A stretch of DNA of 64,000 nt from contig NC_087251.1 in the NCBI RefSeq assembly GCF_037042905.1, positions 6,078,001 to 6,142,000 of the forward strand. Direction: 5' to 3'. The translations under genes and the position numbers were made by a program. Source of the DNA: Lytechinus pictus (taxonomy: Eukaryota). Below, in pieces: positions 38,040 to 50,330 of the stretch. Below the pieces are notes generated by a model. That model was not told where the DNA came from. It did no database searches and saw only the letters and a program-made list of their open reading frames with translations. Every line of letters starts with the position of its first letter. Positions within the stretch are counted from its first letter, which is position 1.

Positions 38040-39736
38040 TGCATACTTATTTACTTCTTTCATACATAGTGATTTTTTTGCAGTTTAGTGCTCATTTTTG
38101 TGAAAATTAGTTTTCCCTATTCATATTGTACATAATAGAGTATACAATGGCCTATGGCGGCCATTTTGAATATCAGGAAAATAAATATTTTGTCAAAAAT
38201 TATTTTTTATGATTGTATATTTCACTCCTGCCACACAATTTCATGCATTTCATAGCCAATTTGCAGACAATTTTATGATTTTCATGGGTAATTTGCATAT
38301 TTTGGCGGCCATATTGGATTTTGCCAATTTGCGGAAAATGCTCAAGGTTACACGAGTGACATCATCCAGACTCTTAATCAGCACCCTCGAATTGACAACA
38401 AACCATCAAAAATATTGTAAATATCAAACTAGCACATCAATGATGTGGAGCTCATCCGGCATCTCGCAATGAAATTTAACACAATTTTTATTTCAGCCCA
38501 GTTGACACTATAGTGAATTATATTGGTGACATAAATTGAGGTCTTTGAGGATATAGAATTGAAATTGATGGAAGAAATGACATAGAAGCATTTTTGTGAT
38601 CTATGAATAAATTTCATATAAATTAAGCATAAATAATTTTCTAGTCAAAATTTCATAACTCTGTGTAGTGTGTAGAACCTTGGTGAACCTCATGTAGCTC
38701 TCAGATGGAACAAAAATAATCAAAATCAATCAACAAATAAATAAGTAATTTTTGTGAGTTTTGAAAATATATGAATAAATTAGCATATTTAATGGGTTTC
38801 AAAATTCTGTGTTGAAATTTTGTATCACCACCTCGAGCTATCATATAAAGCAAACAAAATTGAAATTGATCAACAAATGATTTGTGATTTATGAATAAAT
38901 TTTGCATAAATTAGCACAAATCATTTTCCAGAAAAAATTTTGTCTACAAGTTTGGTGAACCTCATGCAGTTCTACCAGATGGAAGAAAAAAAAATCAAAA
39001 TCGGTCAACAATTAAAGAAGAAAAAGCATTTTATGTGAATTTTTAGAAATATGAATAAATTAATTTTGCATAAATTAGCATAAAAATTGTTCTAATCAAA
39101 ATTTCAAAATTCTGTGTAGAAGTTTGGTAATCTCATGCAGCTCTACCAGATGGAAGAAAAAAAATCAAAATCTGTCAACAAATAAAGAAGAGGCATTTTC
39201 TGTGATTTCTGAATAAATTTCGCATAAATTAGCATAAATAATTTTCTACTGAAAATTTGTGTAGAAGTTTGGTGAACCTCATGAAGTTCTACCAGATGGA
39301 AGAAAAAAAAATCAAAATCGGTCAACAATTAAAGAAGAAAAAGCATTTTATGTGAATTTTTAGAAATATGAATAAATTAATTTTGCATAAATTAGCATAA
39401 AAATTGTTCTAATCAAAATTTCAAAATTCTGTGTACAAATTTGGTAATCTCATGAAGCTCTACCAGATGGAAGAAAAAAAATCAAAATCGGTCAACAAAT
39501 AAAGAAGAAGCATTTCTTGTGAATTTTGACAAATGTGCATAAATTAGCATATTTAATGAATTTCAAAATTCTGTGTAGAAGTTTTGAATCCCCCACCTAG
39601 TGCTATCATATAAAGCAAACAGAATTGAAATCGGACTTGAAATGGCGAAGAAGAAGCATTTTGAAATTGTGAACAGACGACAGACGCCACGCCATGGCAT
39701 AAGCTCATTTGGACCTTCGGGCCGGATGAGCTAAAA
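38040..39736 (+). mobile_element. Helentron-like element with internal AT-rich tandem units; a related inverted fragment lies at 1-350
   Basis: Recurrent ctaccagatggaagaaaaaaaatcaaaatcggtcaacaa units and a 3' hairpin agctcatttggaccttcgggccggatgagct followed by an A run. Left boundary is approximate. Confidence 0.65.
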
Positions 39737-39762
39737 ACAAGGTTTGGTCAATTTTCTATGGG

Positions 39763-42310
39763 GGGTCATTCCATGCCAATTCACCCAATGAATGTTCAAT
39801 TTTGCACCCGACCCTCTCAGAATTTGTTGTAATTTGGTACACATTAAATGACCCTAGCACAAAAGAAAAAAAATTAGTTCAATCGGTCCGTCGGTTCTCG
39901 CGCTACGGCCCGCCCTTTTCTCCTTGTTTTGACAAAAATGGGCGTGACCTTCGACTTTCAATTGCCATTGCATCGTAACGTGCTGACCAATTTTCACTAA
40001 ACTGGTACCATTCAAAAGGAAATTCAGAGAGGAATCCAAAACATGCATCAAATAATGTATTGGTGCGATTTATAAGGTCATGACCTGACCTTGAGTTTGA
40101 CCCCCGGACAAATAATTTTTCAACTTGATTTTCGTGTATGTTAATTATCAGTATGATATTGACAAAATATGTTAAAACCAATGATGATATTTTATTTCTT
40201 CTTTTAAAACTTCCAAAGATACCAATTATCTGATCTGAAATTTCACTCCAGTCCCACATACTGATATTCATGTTAGTAAAGTGTTTACCAGTCCCATGAT
40301 ACATGATTTCTTCCAATCTTAAGTTACAGTATGCAAACTCATGAAAAGAAATTAAGCTCATTAGTTAACAAATGAAACATTAAACATTTATGCTCATGAA
40401 TAGGTATCTGCTAGGGCATTTTGATGTTGGGCAATATATAATAACTCATTATTAGATAACTGCTGGGAACTGCAATATCCTGCTTTCTAGTAAGCTGTAC
40501 TCCCCCAAAGTGGCCTGATACATCCTTCAGATCCTTGAAGCATCATACATTCTTGATGATGATGTTAGAGATGGATGATCGATTGGAGAGGTAATATTGT
40601 TTCTGCATATCCAGCAGGTACAGTTATCCATCTTTACACTGCACCCCTATGGTAAAACGCGGTGTCTGACTTTTTTTTTCCAATTTTTTTTCTTCAGAAA
40701 AGTAGTCAGTAAGCCACTTTTTTTCACATGACACATCCAGTTTTCCTAATTGCTTTCTGAAAAGCAACTTTTAAGTAATCGGCAAAATGCAGTATCTACA
40801 TTTTGCACAAGATAAGATATTAAGCATTAACTTTTTTTATAAGTCGCTCCATACTATTTTATTTATCAAGTATTCCTTTATCATCGAATTGTAGAATGCC
40901 TATTTCAGGCCAAAACCACCCATACAAATTTTGTCTTTATGTCTTGAGATATTGGTGTAAATGTAGATTTTAAGCAATACTCAGTTTCCTACGGAAAAAT
41001 GCAGAACCAAAAGATGAAGAACATGTTAATCAAACTCATTTTTATCAGGGCACCCTCTGTGTATCTAAGGTATTATTTTCCCCTTGAAATACACAATGAC
41101 ACATTATTTCATGGTAATGAAGCAAGTGATAATAAAACTGAATGGAATTCTGGACCATCTGTAGATACATGTACTGCGTTTTTCCATGGAGAAACCGAGC
41201 ATTCGCTTTGACTTTCCCAGAGTAGGCCTATCTACGGTACATTTCTTCAATATCTTTAAAAAAAAAAAACATTTGTTTTGGGAGCCTTATACTCAACAAT
41301 TTGATGATAAAAGAATACTAAGATATAAATAGTTTTGAGTAGCTTTGGAAAAACACAAAATGCTTAATATCTCAACTTTTGCAAAATGTAGATACTGTCT
41401 TTTTTTCAATGGGGAGGCAGTGAAAAGGATACCTGCTGGGTAGCTAGATACAATATTATCTGTCTAATTGATCATCCATCTCTAGCATCATCATTATAAA
41501 GAATGTATCCAATGCTGAAGCTTCAATGATCTCAAGGGTGTTTTTACTTTGGGGGAGTACAGCTGACTAGAAAGCAGGATATTGCAGTTCCCGGCAGTTT
41601 TTGAGTTATTATATATATTGTCCTTTGTAATATCAAAATGACTAAACAGGTACCTACCGGTACATGTATTCAGAAGCATAAATGTTTAATGTTTCATTTA
41701 TCAACTGATAAGCTTAATTTCCTTTCATCTGTTTGCATACTGTAACTTAAGATTGGAAGAAATCATATATCATGGGACTGGTCAACACTTTACTAACATG
41801 AATATCAGTACGTGGGACTGGAGTGAAATTTCAGATCAGATTGGTATCTTTGGAAGAGTTTTAAAAGGGGAAGAAATAAAATATCATCATTGGTTTTAAC
41901 ATATTTTGTCATTATCATACCTATAATTAACATACACGAAAATCAAGTTGAAAAATTATTTGTCCGGGGGTCAAACTCAAGGTTAAAGTAAAGGTCAAAG
42001 GTCATGACCTTATAAATCACTCCAATACATTATTTGATGCATGTTTTGGATTCCTCTCTGAATTTCCTTTTGAATGGTACCAGTTTTGTGAAAATTGGTC
42101 AACACGTTACGACGCAATGGCCATTGAAAGTTGAAGGTCACGCCCATTTTTGTCAAAACAAGGATAAAAGGGCGGGCCGTAGAACGAGAACCGATTGGAC
42201 TAATTTTTTTGTTTTGTGCCTGGGCCATGGGGAATTTTTTGTGTACCAATTTACAACAAAAACTGAGAGGGTCGGGTGCAACCACTGGGTGAATCCAGAT
42301 GGAATGACCC
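39763..42310. mobile_element. 2.5-kb foldback non-autonomous DNA transposon with GGG termini and 4-bp TSD (Sola2-like)
   Basis: TIR gggtcattccat...atggaatgaccc with TGGG on both flanks. Arms stay complementary inward to ~41000/41190, and the mirror ORFs 39854-40051 and 42034-42336 translate alike. Confidence 0.85.
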
Positions 42311-42479
42311 TGGGGCCTATCCTGGACTATGCATGAAGCATGGCATAGGAATGAAATATCCATTGATAGTGGATAAGTCTGGAGGCTGAATAGCACTAGA
42401 AAAATGTAATTAACATTGAACCAGACACACCGACTTAATCATAGGTTATCATGTCCCTAGATTTATCACTCTAACTTAC

Positions 42480-42615
42480 CCATCTCTTGAGCCTGTGTGT
42501 ACATCCGTGTTGCAAGAAAAGAACTTTCCATGAAGGCCTGCATTGCACTTCCTACTGCCATGAAACCAACCAAGAAGATCCAAAATCTGAGCACCTTTGT
42601 GAAAGCATTGGCCAT
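42480..42615 (-). CDS. ERG28: ERG28 homologue, first coding exon
   Basis: caccATGG context, reading MANAFTKVLRFWIFLVGFMAVGSAMQAFMESSFLATRMYTQAQEM, then G|GTAAGT. The spliced product is 145 aa with consistent phases. Confidence 0.92.
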
Positions 42616-43127
42616 GGTGATATCTAATCCTCCAGTCCAGAGAAATGTAAGAGAAAAAAATATTTTCAATTCACTTAAGCTCAGGACCCATACTCACCTA
42701 GCAACAGTTGCCTTGCATTTAGTTTGTGTAATTACTACTAGGTCAGAGGTGTACATTACTAAAATGCTGAATGAACATCCCCCCTAAAATAATGAACGAG
42801 GCAATTGCTAGTTGTAGTTCAATGTGATCAACTAGGTCCATATACTTATGACATTTCAAAAACTTAACCTTGGTTAAGATTTCGATATTGATTCCCTCAA
42901 CATGGTCTTAAGTTCGTTGACTCTAAATTAATCTTACCCTAAATGATCTTTGACCTTGGTCAAGTCACCTGAAACTCAGGCAGGATGATAAGTAGGCATA
43001 ATACTTGATTGCCCTTATATCTACGTTTCATGAACTAGGATCATTTACTTTCTAAGTTATGATGGCTAATTAATAACTTACAAAAGTACATTTAGATAAA
43101 AGTTGACTTGATACACATTACTGGTTC

Positions 43128-43411
43128 CAGGGGTGGATCCATGATTTGCCAAAATGGGGGGGGGGGGGGGGGGGGAGGCACATTTGACAAGCAAAGAAAG
43201 CAAGAAAAAGTTTTTTTACCCAAAATTAAGGACATTTTGTCCACGAAAAAAATTGAGAAGAAAAAAAAGTCTTCACTTTCAAAAGGGGGGGGGGGCACAC
43301 TTCTGTTTTACCGGCATTTTTACATTACAAATTTTAATTGCGCCTCTCAAAGGGGGGGGGGGGCACAAGCTGGATTTGGGAGTTTGCCCCCCCCCCCTAG
43401 ATCCGCCAGTG
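43128..43411. mobile_element. hAT MITE with 8-bp TSD
   Basis: caggggtggatc...gatccgccagtg with perfect TSD ACTGGTTC (43120-43127 and 43412-43419). Confidence 0.85.
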
Positions 43412-44533
43412 ACTGGTTCAGGACAGTACTGGGCAATTCCATGGAAAATGTTCACTTCAGTGAAAAAATAAAGTTTAAGATTTCACTTAAGGAGTCAAAT
43501 TTTCTTAAAAAGTAATCTATAATGTTTGATTTTTCAATAGACAAATCGCAAAATTGATAAAATTTTGCATTTTTTCCATCACTTAAAAAGAATAGTGAAT
43601 TGCAAAAAAATGAAAAAATGTGGCTATTTTTAAACATTTCATTCTTCCTGTCTCTACAAAAAGCAACTAAGGTCCCAGAGGTCTCGTTGAACTTTTAAAT
43701 AGTTGATTAATGTTTACATCAAGAGAAAATAATTGTTAAATTTGTGCCATTCATTAATTTTAGAGAAATCGATCTTCAGATTTGTGTTATTTCTTTTACA
43801 TTACCAGTGTCATTTCCGTTACGTTTTTCACTTAAAGTTTTCATAGCTAACAGGAAATTTGTCTGAAGTTACTGCAAAGTCAGATTCTATGTTAGAATCA
43901 AACGCCCTACCATGTAGCAATCATTTTCCCTTACCAATTCTCATTTTCATAAAAATTGTGTAACGGACATGACACTTTGCGTATTACATGACACCTTATA
44001 TATAACACGAGGCAGCATTCACAAAAATGAAATATTGGGCTCAGTGTAACAGAATGATGGTCAGTCTCAATTGATTGAGGGTAGCTGGATGTCAGATACA
44101 AATACTATTAACTCATTAATTCATGAAATCTGCATATCATTCAAGCTAAAATTGAAGTTGGTGAATGAGGAAAGTTCAGCTCTTGTTCTGGTAGATTTTT
44201 CTGAGAATTACCGGTATGACACAGATTATCAGGATTAGATGCAGCTAGCTCTGGCAACATACTCAGATCTCAGTCTGCATCATTCGTGTTTGAACAAAAG
44301 ATAATTGATTGTCTTAGGTGTTTGCAGGGAGATATAGAACATGATAAAATTGCAACTTGTGCATTCATGAGATCATTGATGGCGCTGGCTCACAATTAAA
44401 AAATTAACTGGTGAGAATAGGAAACAATTTAAAACAATCAAACAAATACACCACTTTGAATGTGAGCAGGAGAGTCAATACTAAAATAACCAGTGATGAT
44501 GAGCCACAATCAACTTCATCCTCTCTTTGGCAG

Positions 44534-44977
44534 TAGAGGTGCACGGCCAATATTGGAGACTGTCTCCAATGCAGGAGATTATCTCCAATATCAGAGACTT
44601 TTGTAAAGAATTTGGGTATCCAATTTCAGAGACAGTCTCCAGTTTTGGAGACCAATATCCTTTGTTTACATTGGCTGCAAAAGGATTACCTTGGCGGCAA
44701 ATAAAAATGTAATAAGGAGATTCCTCATGAAAAATTACCCCTTTTCACCGCCTACTTTAAAAATTCACTCTACTTTTGTTTTGATTTTATAAGGATTTTT
44801 GTTGTCAATCACACACAAAACAAATGGGCTTCTGACCTCAGTGAGACAAAATTTTGGGTGGAAAAAATCATGCTTTTGTTGGTGTTGTTTCTTTTGTCCT
44901 TCTGCAAAGCAAGTCTCCAATGTGGGAGATTGTCTCCCCTATTGGAGAGAGTCTCCCATATTGGCCGTGCGCCTCTA
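44534..44977. mobile_element. MITE with TAGAG termini
   Basis: tagaggtgcacggccaatattggagac...gtctcccatattggccgtgcgcctcta. No clear TSD. Confidence 0.7.
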
Positions 44978-45528
44978 GAACTACTGTTCGGAAGTACAAG
45001 TTAACACTTCTGTGTGAATTGAATTTTCTACTAAGAAAATACAAAAATACTTTGTTGCCCATGTGACCACCTAACAAGAAGATGGGCATCTGGGTGTGTA
45101 GGTCTCGCTTAAGTTAAGTTAAGTTATGCGTCTTGTAGTTGTATTTGTATTTGTAACCTTGAAGGAATAATCCCTAACTTGGGCCTAAGCAGCTCTTCCA
45201 AGCGTCTATCGGAAGAGTGTCAAGGGATCGTGATGAAGAAGTATATGTCAAAATATTTAAAAATATCATCACGAGGCTCAATTAGGCTAAAAATGATGAC
45301 CGGTCAAAGTCAAGACAAAACCACTCCTAGTACCAATGAGGTCCAACATTACATGTATGGACCTCATAGGCGACATCAGTAGTATTTTTGGTTAGAAATC
45401 TCTGAGAACAGGATATTTAGGCAATTATATCATAAGTACAAGCTCTATTCCTTTCTCTTATTTAAATTATAATTTTATAGTGTAAATGCATCGTTAGCAA
45501 CAACAAAAAATGAAAGAAATGAAGGGGA

Positions 45529-46036
45529 ACTTACATTTTCACGGCTTTTTCCTGATTTTCTGGGCAGCTGCTCTTCTCTTCTGACTCGCGATCGAAGCTG
45601 ATATGAAGATCACGTGATTCGCGTTCTCGTCAGCTGATCGGTTGGTTATTCTTTTCGTCAGACGTTAATAATATATATTTTATAATGCTAGCATTCATCG
45701 CTAATTTAGGTGAAAGAGATTGAAGTTAAACAGCGCCAGGTCGGAATCATAATTATTTTGGAAGAGTGTATTTATACACTCGATCTCATACCTGACGTAG
45801 ACGGCGCTATTCAACAAATGCACAATCTTCAATATAAAAAATAAAACAGAAAGAACGCCTTGAACACAGGCCAAAATGCCTAACGATTTATCCGCGGCAT
45901 TAACAACTATCGTAAAGGGCGCTCCATTTATCAATAAAGATGGACGCTAAGCTGTCTATGGCGACAAAATTTGCCGCAAATATTTACGAAGAATTGTGAG
46001 AAATGGTCTGAAAATGCAACAAAAGAACCGGTGAGT
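45529..46036. promoter_or_regulatory. Probable bidirectional promoter for ERG28 (-) and ACTMAP (+)
   Basis: CpG-enriched segment bounded by an outward-facing minus-strand donor GTAAGT (45534-45529) and a plus-strand donor GTGAGT (46031). Palindromic E-box ATCACGTGAT at 45609-45618. Confidence 0.6.
46014..46030 (+). CDS. ACTMAP: ACTMAP-like, candidate first coding exon (MQQKN-R); alternatively 5' UTR with the start at 53262
   Basis: ATG CAA CAA AAG AAC CG|GTGAGT joins in frame (phase 2) to the exon at 53231. Confidence 0.5.
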
Positions 46037-47640
46037 ACCGATTAAAGTTTAAACATTATTAAAGTTATAAATAGATTATACATACCTTGTAGATTTAGTT
46101 TTTAAGGTGATATTAGTGCTTAGTTCTAAGCTAGGGAGGCCCAAACGCGCGTGAGTGGAGTCCCAGTTTATTAGCACGGGTAAGTATTGGGGTGTCGCCT
46201 AGAGTGGACAAAACAGTGCCGACAAACATGACAAAGCTAGTTTTTGCTAACACAAAATTTCAAGTGCGGGACTAAGTGAGGAGAAACGGCCAAGAAGTTA
46301 CTTTGAATTGAAATTAGGCCTACTTAACATAAGACATTTTGTTCTCAGAAAGTACCAGTAGACTAGGATGGCCTAATGAAAAGAGTCAGTTACCTACAAT
46401 CTCTTTTGTTGAAAGAACGATCGAAGGGAGGTATACCGGAATCCTCTGCCCGCCTCGCCTGCAGCTGCAAAATTATTTTCCCACCGTCGCGTCCGCGCCG
46501 GTATATAATATGAATCTGCGGAATAAGACTGCGCATGCGCGTGGACACTAAATATTCACTGTACTATTATCCATGACACAGCCTAACCAAGGAGATATCT
46601 GATATCACTACTTCCTTCCCTGCTCTAACTTAGCGCCCCAGCCATCTCTATGACTATGGCCCCAGCCCACTCACCGGCCGGCCACTCACACAACATGCGA
46701 GATTGCTAAACCTAAAATCCAGACTTTCTTTCTGTGGTGACCAAGAATATGCTCCGGCATTTAGGTCAGTTCTCCGGTTTTCTTCCAGTCTCATGTCTCT
46801 CGGAATATTCTAAGAATAGAACGGCGATCCGACTACCGGTACTAGTACTACTACTAGATTCAGAGACCGTGTGTGATAGTTGATGTAGACAGACTTGGTG
46901 TCTTTGTAGTACTAGTATTACGATATTGCGAACTTATGTGTGTGCGGCAGCCGGCAGGCGCAGGTAAGCGTGCACTTTACTTAGTATGGACTATGCTATG
47001 GTAGTGCCACTACTATTACTATTAGTAGTGGATCGTATTACCGAACACTTTTCATGAATTCAATCATATCAAACACATTATTCTCATAAAATTCACCAAA
47101 CTTTCACCATGAATACACAATTACCTACAAAATATAAATAGGCCTATGTAAAAAATTTGCCGAAATCGTTTTTCCTTTTTTACGATATTAGCTTCCAATC
47201 GGACCCCTCTTCGCATGTGAAATATTTTGGTTACTTAAAAAGGTATCGTATTACCGAACGTGTGTTTTCTATGGGAAAAGTTGAAAAAACAACAAAAAGC
47301 ACTGATGTCAGTGATGAGCTATTTTGACCATATTTTGTTATTTTTAGAATATTAAGACATGAAAAATGCGTTTTTTACCATTTTTCATCATCTTTCTATT
47401 ATTTCAAGTTCTCTTTGGAAGGATGTTACAAAATTTTGAGCGTTGAAATTATTTTCTGATGCGTATGATGCGCGCGTTCGGTAATACAAGACCGGTCGGT
47501 AATAATACAATCACTCACTAATATACTGTACTAACTTAGTTTTGTGAATTGGGAAGTGACGTCTGTGTCCTGTGAACTGAGCTGAAATTCCACTCAGTCA
47601 AAATTAACAAAATTTTGAGATAGGCTAGCTTCAAGTTTAA

Positions 47641-50330
47641 GGGTGTCTGGAGAAAAATATTATTTTTCTTATTTCAAGAAAATATCACATTTTCTTTGTG
47701 AATTTGAAGAGAAATGACCTTCAGACTGACAGAAATGTAACAATTTTAACATTTTTGAAAAAAAATCTGATTATTGGCTGCAAAAAAGAAGAATGAAATT
47801 AGGTCAATTTTCAGCATTTCTCTGCCATAGACTGTGTAGTTAAGAAATGGACACACACAAATCTAAATTTTTAGCTTCCGAGTCCGAGAGCTGTGTTAAT
47901 TCACTGGCGTAAATCCCAGGGGGGGGGGGGGATATATCCCCCCCCCCCCACTTTTCGAGGAGGGGGGGATGGCCTGTACAAACATCCCCCCCACTTTTTA
48001 CGAAAGAAATGAAAAAAAATCACAAGAGATAATTGTTTTATTGGTGAAAATTCTTCCTGAAATACCGCTTAACAAATAAAACAATATTATTGAATCATAA
48101 AATGCAAATAAAGAGCCAGTTCACCATTTCCAAATGAAATACTTGTGTCCTTATTATAACATTGAAGAGAAACCCCCGTTTCTTCCAATTCATCAATGTT
48201 AGGGTCTTTGGAAGGGATTAAGATGGAATGTCAAAAAAATATGAATGTAATCTCTAATAAAACCCATTTGTTTACTGCAACCACCCTGCCTGTGGGGAAT
48301 CTGCAGGTTGGACTATGGCATGCCAATGCTGTACAGAGCACACACTTAAAAAAATGATTAAAATATCACTTTTGTGACCAAAATTACTAATTTCCATACA
48401 GTTGCAATTTATTTTTCATTAGTAACTTGGGAATAATTTTTGTATTCACTAGAGCGCTCAAAAACTTGAATTTGGGGCATATTTTTGTGTACGCCCTCTA
48501 TTGGTGGAAAATAAAATGGCAAGAAAATTTTCATTTTTGTATCTCTGTTTTTAATTAAGAAAAAAATAATTTAAAGAATCAAATTTACTTAAGGGCCAAG
48601 TTGTATGACGAATAGGTGTAATGAAAACTGTCAGTGTAAAAAAAATCAAGCATTTGTCCCAAAGAAAAAGAGAAAATTTGCCAAACATTGCCATCCTTAT
48701 TTTGCCACACATGGAGATATAACTGAGAACAAGGTTATATCATAACCTTGTTCATTGAATGAGTGATAAAACCATTAAACCATCATGGGGTAAAAAAGAT
48801 AATAATATTGGAGGGGTATTTGCCATATGGACATACAGTGGCGTAACTATGGGGGGCACATCCCCCCCTCATCGGCTGACCAAAAAAAAAAGGGGGAAAA
48901 GGAGAAAAGAGGGAGAAAGGAAGAGAAACATAGTGAAAGAAGAAAAAATTATTCATTATAATATTATATTATATTATAATTATGTTATGTTACATTACAT
49001 AAGAAACATTTTTATCATAACTTTATGATTTGCCCAGGGCCTACGTCTTCATTGTTCCTGGTGCTCGCACTGTCTGTTTAACGAGATACATAATCCTGTT
49101 GTACTAAAACATCCCGTTTTCAAGTCAATACAAACCAAATATATTTCCTAGCACTTGAGTTATCATTGTTTTATGTAGTGACATATATGCTTCTTTTTCA
49201 TGTCTCAAAAAGTGATTGCCCCATGTTAAGGTCTTCGTATATATGAAACATTTCCTGTCCGTGATTACGTTCGCATTAGTGGATTGGTGAGATATGTCTG
49301 CTCTTCATGAATTCCCCAAATCAGTCCTTAAAATGTTCCTTCTTCTGATCTGAATATCAAAAATTTTCAGCTCGCGCTTCGCGCTCGCATCATTTGGTTA
49401 ATGAAATACGTATGGTCCTAGTTATTTCCTACAAAGAAACCTTAGAATGCCCCACTTCAGGTCTGAATTATCTAAATTTTCAGCTCGCGCTTCGCGCTCG
49501 CATTGTTTAGCGAGACAGGTACCTATCATAATTACACAAATTTGATTATAATGTCCCTTTTTAGGTGTGAATATAAAAAAAATTTCCGCTCGCGCTTCGC
49601 GCTCGCATTATTTGATCGGTGAGATACATATCCGTTTAATGACATTGTCCTTAAAATGTCTCTATTAGGTCAGTATAACTGGCAACTGAGCGCGCTTCGC
49701 GCGCTCACTAGTGCACTCACTCAGTGATTAAAAAATTTTGCTGGTGCCCCCCATTGCCGTGACCCACGGTACGCCACTGTGGACATATCAATGACAATTC
49801 CTTGCATATCTAAAAACATGATTGCAAAAAAATGCCAAAATATTTCAGTCATCCCCCCCACCCATCAACAAAGATTTACACCAGTGTGTGTTATAAATTT
49901 ATTATTAATGCCAAAAACTTGTCCATAAAGAGTCCAATAGGATTTTTTATGCTCTTTCTGATGGTATGATTTTTATAAAGATTTGGAAACCAGATCACAA
50001 TGAAAAATTGCGACAAAGTGTAAAAAATTGTGCAAAACAGAAATTTCATTTCCCATAGAAAACGCATGGGGAAATGGCAATCTCAACACACACAAAAATA
50101 AGGGTTTGCAATTTATCTCTAAATCCTTATTTAAAATGATCATATAAACTTGTCCTTACTGTCAAAAGAAGCCCCTTAATTTTCTCTTTCCATACATGCC
50201 AAACACAAGTTAATAATCAATTCAGATCACATTATTCTAGTAGCCTGAACTTCCCGAAAAAAATGTGCCATATTTTCCCCTAAATCAGCCTCTCTTATGC
50301 TGACACTTTTCAGTGTGGCTTCAGACACCC
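47641..50330. mobile_element. Multi-layer nest: GGG-terminal element containing a hAT-like element (47902-49886), which contains a further hAT MITE
   Basis: Outer TIR gggtgtctg...cagacaccc; middle TIR cactggcgtaaatc...gatttacaccagtg. Confidence 0.6.
48836..49779. mobile_element. hAT MITE with 8-bp TSD
   Basis: cagtggcgta...tacgccactg with perfect TSD TGGACATA and subterminal gctcgcgcttcgcgctcgcat repeats. Confidence 0.88.

Noticed and set aside
39854..42396. Pair of similar ORFs on opposite strands (MMHVLDSSLNFLLNGT...)
   Set aside because: Mirror translations of the two arms of the foldback element; no recognisable domain.
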